Positions 59,869 through 64,000 of a stretch of 64,000 bases of DNA are shown piece after piece. Source of the DNA: Sulfolobales archaeon (lineage in GTDB: Archaea > Thermoproteota > Thermoprotei_A > Sulfolobales > NBVN01); the NCBI GenBank assembly GCA_026413885.1, contig JAOAKA010000001.1, forward strand, positions 46,088 to 110,087, given 5' to 3'. How positions within the stretch are numbered: the first letter of the stretch is position 1; each line of letters starts with the position of its first letter. The notes beneath the pieces are model-generated. The model was not told the DNA's origin. It saw only the letters and a list, made by a program, of their open reading frames with translations, and did not search any database. Position numbers and translations under genes: made by a program.

Positions 59869-61258
59869 CCCCTACAACGATTTTCCTCGTTCTTATGTGT
59901 GGACCACCATCTCCTACTCTAACCATCTGACCCCCCTTACCACAGCCTCCAAAGACACTCGTAGTTATCTTTAAATCATTAGCAACAGCATCAACTTCTT
60001 TCAGTGTTTCAAGGATATTCCCGCTAACGACAACCCCTCTTACGAGTTCTGAAGGTTCACCATTTCTTATTATGTAGGAGGGTCCTATACTGAAGGTGTA
60101 TGTTCCAACAGATGGGTTGACCTGTCCTCCCATCGCACCCCGACCTTTTAAGTAGATACCATATGTAATTCCTTCAAAGAGCTCGTCGACTTTCCGGTCT
60201 CTAGGTTCTGCGTAGTAATTCGTCTGTCTCACTAGAGTATCGAACGATATGTCCTGAGCTCTCGCATTTCCCGTTGGTTCTAGGTCGAGCTCTTTTGAAG
60301 TGTCTCTGCTAGTGAGATATCCTTTAAGCACTCCTCTATCAACTATGACAGTTTTCCCCTTGGGAACTCCCTCGTCGTCGTATGGGACGGGGTAACCTCC
60401 CTCGATAACACCAGCATCTACTATTGTTACGAGCTCACTAGCAACTTTCTCACCTATTCTACCTTTAAGTATAGATGCTCCAGCTACTACCCCATCTCCT
60501 TCACTTGCATGACCAAAAGCTTCATGTAAGAGAAGTCCTACCACCTCGTTGTCAACTACCGCAACATACGTACCCGGAGGTGGTGTCTTAGCTTGAGATG
60601 CTTTTACAGCTAACTTATCTACTTCTTCAGCAAAAACACCCCAATCTCTCTTTTCGATATATTCGTAACCCCCAATGAATGACTCTCTATCGCTTACTCT
60701 CTCTATTACTGCTCCATACTTAGCTACAGCCATGTGAGCAAATCCTACGCCGACTACGTCTACTTCGATCTCAGTGCCTTCACTAGCGAGAATAATTCTT
60801 CTATCTCTCTCTAGTCCAAGCCGGGTAATAGCTGATACTATGCTTTCACGCTTCATGCTGTTAGTATTTACTTCCTTCACTAAGTCTACCTTAATTTTTG
60901 GATCTACTTGGTGCGGGTCTACTTTAAACTCTACTCTAAATCTATCTCTAACTGGGCTTACTGAAGCAATTGACTTCTTTCCGAACTCACTAGCTACTTT
61001 CGATAGAGTTACAGCTCTATCAATAGCTCTAACTACACTATTGCGATCTAAAGAAGACGTATACGCATAACCTGTTCCCCCCTTAGTTATAGCTCTAATT
61101 CCAAGTCCAACTACCCTACTCACACTGTAGCTTCTTAAAACTCCCGTATCATATGTAATTGATTCATAGACTCTTTCCTGCAGTCTAACTACAGCTTGCT
61201 CCACCCCTTTCTCAAGGACCTTCTCTAAAACCCATTGAGCAAAATCTGTTTCTACCAT
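59861..61258 (-). CDS. tldD: TldD family metallopeptidase
   Basis: HEAFGHASE (HExxxH) and the GxC motif GGCGKGGQ. Confidence 0.88.
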   Translation of the reverse strand: MVETDFAQWVLEKVLEKGVEQAVVRLQERVYESITYDTGVLRSYSVSRVVGLGIRAITKGGTGYAYTSSLDRNSVVRAIDRAVTLSKVASEFGKKSIASVSPVRDRFRVEFKVDPHQVDPKIKVDLVKEVNTNSMKRESIVSAITRLGLERDRRIILASEGTEIEVDVVGVGFAHMAVAKYGAVIERVSDRESFIGGYEYIEKRDWGVFAEEVDKLAVKASQAKTPPPGTYVAVVDNEVVGLLLHEAFGHASEGDGVVAGASILKGRIGEKVASELVTIVDAGVIEGGYPVPYDDEGVPKGKTVIVDRGVLKGYLTSRDTSKELDLEPTGNARAQDISFDTLVRQTNYYAEPRDRKVDELFEGITYGIYLKGRGAMGGQVNPSVGTYTFSIGPSYIIRNGEPSELVRGVVVSGNILETLKEVDAVANDLKITTSVFGGCGKGGQMVRVGDGGPHIRTRKIVVGGG

Positions 61259-61408
61259 ACGTTCACCTACAGACTAAAGTGAGCAGTAAACTTTAAATCT
61301 ACACTAAGACATACTATACACTCCAATCTAAGAAGAGAGATTTAGACTTTAACTAGCTATAGACTCCGTATAAGAAATAGGTGTTGCTGCGTATCTACAG
61401 ACAGCCAC

Positions 61409-62599
61409 TTAAATCCCTCTAATGTGAGTCCTAATTTCAATTACATCCCCATCAGACAAAACGTGGTCTAAACCTACCTTCTCACCCGGATATTTAGCAG
61501 ACGGCCCCCAGATTCTAGCGTATTTAAAGTACTTCAGAAACTCCTCTCTTATATACTTAACGGCGTCTTCAACAGTCGAGCCTTTAGGTATTACTAGTGG
61601 TTCTCTAGAAGGCTCTTTGGAATTTGGTTCCTTAGTATACACTCTGATTAGCTCTAGAATAGTGAATAAGTACTTCGGCACAACCTCTAGTCCTACTCCA
61701 GTAGTAGCTGATGCTGGTAATATCTGCAAATATGGTGCTACTTCTCTTAACTCTCTGAGCTGTCTCTCAACTGCTTCACTACTTAATAAGTCCGTCTTAT
61801 TGAGTATTACTACCGAAGGCTTGTAGACTAAGGCTTCGAAGAGAGCCTTCTCGACATCGTCTAAAGAAACTTCTCCATATATTTTAACGAGTGCGTTAAA
61901 GACTCTGTAGGATTCGAGAAGCTTTCTAACATCATCTTCAGTTCCACCCGATATCTTCCCCATTTTAGCTAGTCTTATTCCTGAATACGCCTTACTTCTC
62001 TCTATTTGAACTCTTCCCCTAGGTTTTCTAAGTACAATACCAGCATTCTCTAAGTCTCCCATTATATTTCTAAGCTGCTCTACAGAGTCGGAAGTTGAGT
62101 CAAGCACAATTAAGAGTGCGTCAGCATTACGCGCTAATCCTACTAACCTCGCTCCCCAGGAGACTCTTCCGGAGACAGCTTCTGGAACAAATGGAGGTGT
62201 ATCGACTAGCTGGATCTGGATGTCCTCGTAGTTCACCATTCCTGGAAGGGGAAACATAGTTGTATATGGTAAACCTGTAACTCTAGACCTAGCGTTAGTT
62301 AGAGCATTAAATAAAGAGCTCTTACCTGATAGAGTATAGCCGAAGAGAACTACTTGAGCTACTCCATGCTTTTCTACGAAGAATGATGGACCTCCCCCTC
62401 TCCTCTTCTTACTCTCCTCAAGTTCTTCTCTGAGCTCAGAAAGCTTTCTTCTAACCCACGCAACTAGGTTCTCTGTTCCCTTATGCTTTGGAACTGATGA
62501 AAGAAAATCCTCGAGAGCTCTTATCTTTTCTTCAGTAGTTCTAGCTTCGAGATACTTGACCCACCTAGCTCTAGCTTCAGCAGGTAGGTTCGTAACCAT
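61409..62599 (-). CDS. DRG/Rbg-type OBG-family GTPase with a C-terminal TGS domain
   Basis: G1 GYTLSGKSSLFNALT, G3 LVDTPP, G4 NKTD, and the TGS end LSDGDVIEI. Confidence 0.85.
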   Translation of the reverse strand: MVTNLPAEARARWVKYLEARTTEEKIRALEDFLSSVPKHKGTENLVAWVRRKLSELREELEESKKRRGGGPSFFVEKHGVAQVVLFGYTLSGKSSLFNALTNARSRVTGLPYTTMFPLPGMVNYEDIQIQLVDTPPFVPEAVSGRVSWGARLVGLARNADALLIVLDSTSDSVEQLRNIMGDLENAGIVLRKPRGRVQIERSKAYSGIRLAKMGKISGGTEDDVRKLLESYRVFNALVKIYGEVSLDDVEKALFEALVYKPSVVILNKTDLLSSEAVERQLRELREVAPYLQILPASATTGVGLEVVPKYLFTILELIRVYTKEPNSKEPSREPLVIPKGSTVEDAVKYIREEFLKYFKYARIWGPSAKYPGEKVGLDHVLSDGDVIEIRTHIRGI

Positions 62600-62623
62600 A
62601 GTTACGTCTACTATGTTCTTCTC

Positions 62624-64000
62624 TCAATATCTCCTAGAATACCTCATAAAGGTCTTAGCTCTATCTCCACAGTGCACACACTTAAGTCCCTCGACTTCTG
62701 ACTCCGATATCTTTAATGGAGTTCCCAGGGCTTTCCCCCCGATCTTGAGCTCTACCTCAGTTGCGCATGAAGTTCTTCCACACCAGGGAGCTTCAACTAC
62801 GTTACCTTCAATGAAGTTTCTAGCTTCTTCTAAGCTACTAGTTCTAACGACGTGTTTACTGAACGCTTCCATAGATTCATTTTTGATTGCTTTATCGTAT
62901 TCAATTCCAATGATTTTAACGGCTTCAGTAAGCTCTTCTAGTTTAATTGAAGTCCTGATTCTATTATCTCTTCTAACAACTGTGATAATTCTACCCTGAA
63001 CCTCTTTAGGCCCTACCTCTAATCTCAGCGGGACACCTCTCCTCTCCCAGTAGTAGAACTTATCACCTGGAGTCATGTCTTCTCTGTCATCGATAACAGA
63101 CCTAACTCCATCAGCCCGTAGTTTCTCTAATATTCTACCACATAGCTCCACTATCTCTCTACGTACTTCTTCTGGACCAGCCGGTATCGGCACTATTACG
63201 ACCTGTATTGGAGCGTATTTGAAGGGTAGTCTGAGACCTGTAGAGTCTCCGTGTATCGATATTAATGTAGCTACAACTCTCTCAGATATACCGTAGCTGG
63301 TCTGCCAACCGTAATCCATAGAGCCGTCAGGCATGTGGATCCACACGTTAAATGCTATAGTGAACGACCTACCTAAGTTATGCACTGTTCCTATCTGCAG
63401 GGTCTTACCGTCAGGCATGAGTGTATCGAAAGCTATTGTGTAGACAGCTCCCGGAAATTTATCCCACTCAGGTCTCTTAGAGATGGTGAACGGTATCCCT
63501 AGCTCTCTAAAGAAGGAGCTGTATATCTCAACAGCTTCAGCTACCTGCCTCTCCGAGTCTTCAAATGTTGAGTGAAGTGTATGTGCTTCTTTAAATGTAG
63601 TAACTTCGCGTACTCTTATCATAGCTCTCGTAGCTGCTGTCTCATATCTAAACACGCTCACAAACTGGTAGTATTTCTTAGGTAGCTGCTTGTAGCTCTT
63701 AATCCACAGAGACTCTAAGTAAGACAGAGGTGTCTCACTAGTCGGTCTCAGCGCTAGCTTTATGTCTAGTGGTGTGAGACCTCCGTGAGTAACCCAGTAC
63801 ACTTGATCTTCAAATCCGTGAACATGTTCCGACTCCTTAGCTAGTATATTATCAGGTATTAGAAGTGGGAGCAGAATCTCTTCGTGGCCGGTAGCATCAA
63901 GTAAATTCCTCATGAGCTCTATCAAGTTCTTTCTAATTTTAAATCCGTAAGGTAGCCAGACACCCATACCTTTTATAGGATATCTTCCGTAGTCATATAC
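62624..64000 (-). CDS. proS: Prolyl-tRNA synthetase (archaeal/eukaryotic type); the N-terminus continues past the window end
   Basis: [11 protein letters not shown], a class II core, a Zn-binding C-terminal domain (CGRTSC...CVHCG) and a terminal Tyr. The frame is open to base 64000 ([11 protein letters not shown] precedes the tracked Met). Confidence 0.9.
   Translation of the reverse strand, partial: VYDYGRYPIKGMGVWLPYGFKIRKNLIELMRNLLDATGHEEILLPLLIPDNILAKESEHVHGFEDQVYWVTHGGLTPLDIKLALRPTSETPLSYLESLWIKSYKQLPKKYYQFVSVFRYETAATRAMIRVREVTTFKEAHTLHSTFEDSERQVAEAVEIYSSFFRELGIPFTISKRPEWDKFPGAVYTIAFDTLMPDGKTLQIGTVHNLGRSFTIAFNVWIHMPDGSMDYGWQTSYGISERVVATLISIHGDSTGLRLPFKYAPIQVVIVPIPAGPEEVRREIVELCGRILEKLRADGVRSVIDDREDMTPGDKFYYWERRGVPLRLEVGPKEVQGRIITVVRRDNRIRTSIKLEELTEAVKIIGIEYDKAIKNESMEAFSKHVVRTSSLEEARNFIEGNVVEAPWCGRTSCATEVELKIGGKALGTPLKISESEVEGLKCVHCGDRAKTFMRYSRRY

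Noticed and set aside
62556-62999. 147-aa plus-strand ORF, along with the many other 60-130-aa ORFs antisense to long genes (for example 1877-2191, 11009-11374, 27865-28257, 28967-29302, 33037-33381, 43008-43382, 44573-44869 and 56528-57055)
   Set aside because: They lie antisense to well-supported genes, are S/L/T-rich and have no motifs. They are shadow ORFs.

Overview
This 64 kb window looks like core chromosome from a hyperthermophilic crenarchaeon, probably Desulfurococcales-like, with AGA/ATA/CTA-rich codon usage. Several lineage markers support that. They include a crenarchaeal OB-fold SSB with an RG-rich tail, an Elf1-like zinc-ribbon protein and an ESCRT-III (CdvB-type) paralogue. 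They also include archaeal Pth2, Taw1, GGGP synthase, the Sm/L37e pair, the L21e-Rpo4-DUF655 block and short tRNA introns. I call about 78 protein genes and six tRNAs: Ala-GGC, Leu-CAG with an intron, Val-GAC, Phe-GAA with an intron, His-GTG and Gly-CCC. I found no rRNA, CRISPR array, transposase or integrase. Recognisable functions include:
- Translation and RNA modification: LysRS class II, ProRS, Sua5, SPOUT, THUMP, Trm112-like, a DRG GTPase.
- Central metabolism: a two-subunit 2-oxoacid:ferredoxin oxidoreductase with its ferredoxin, ThiC, two PGM/PMM paralogues, a biotin-domain-less carboxyltransferase.
- Transport: a NitT/TauT-type ABC system, an MFS transporter, a DUF401-like permease.
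- DNA metabolism: NucS, a DHH/DHHA1 phosphoesterase, SfsA, a Cas4-family nuclease, a DUF123 GIY-YIG-like protein.

The strongest candidate for an undescribed system is a tightly coupled seven-gene minus-strand operon at 3924-10565. It appears to contain a duplicated two-gene membrane module, an 86-aa protein, a GlmL/MutL-like actin-fold ATPase and a barrel-sandwich protein, with a C/D-box-sRNA-like element in its only gap. Secondary candidates are:
- an unknown 394-aa protein co-operonic with a Cas4-family nuclease and SfsA, with no CRISPR nearby;
- an orphan PqqD-like protein next to ssb;
- a DHH-NucS gene pair;
- a four-gene overlapping operon ending in pth2;
- a long Trm112-like protein with nested Cys pairs;
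- a small islet with atypical codon usage.

All product calls rest on motifs read by eye and remembered family signatures. No database search was run.
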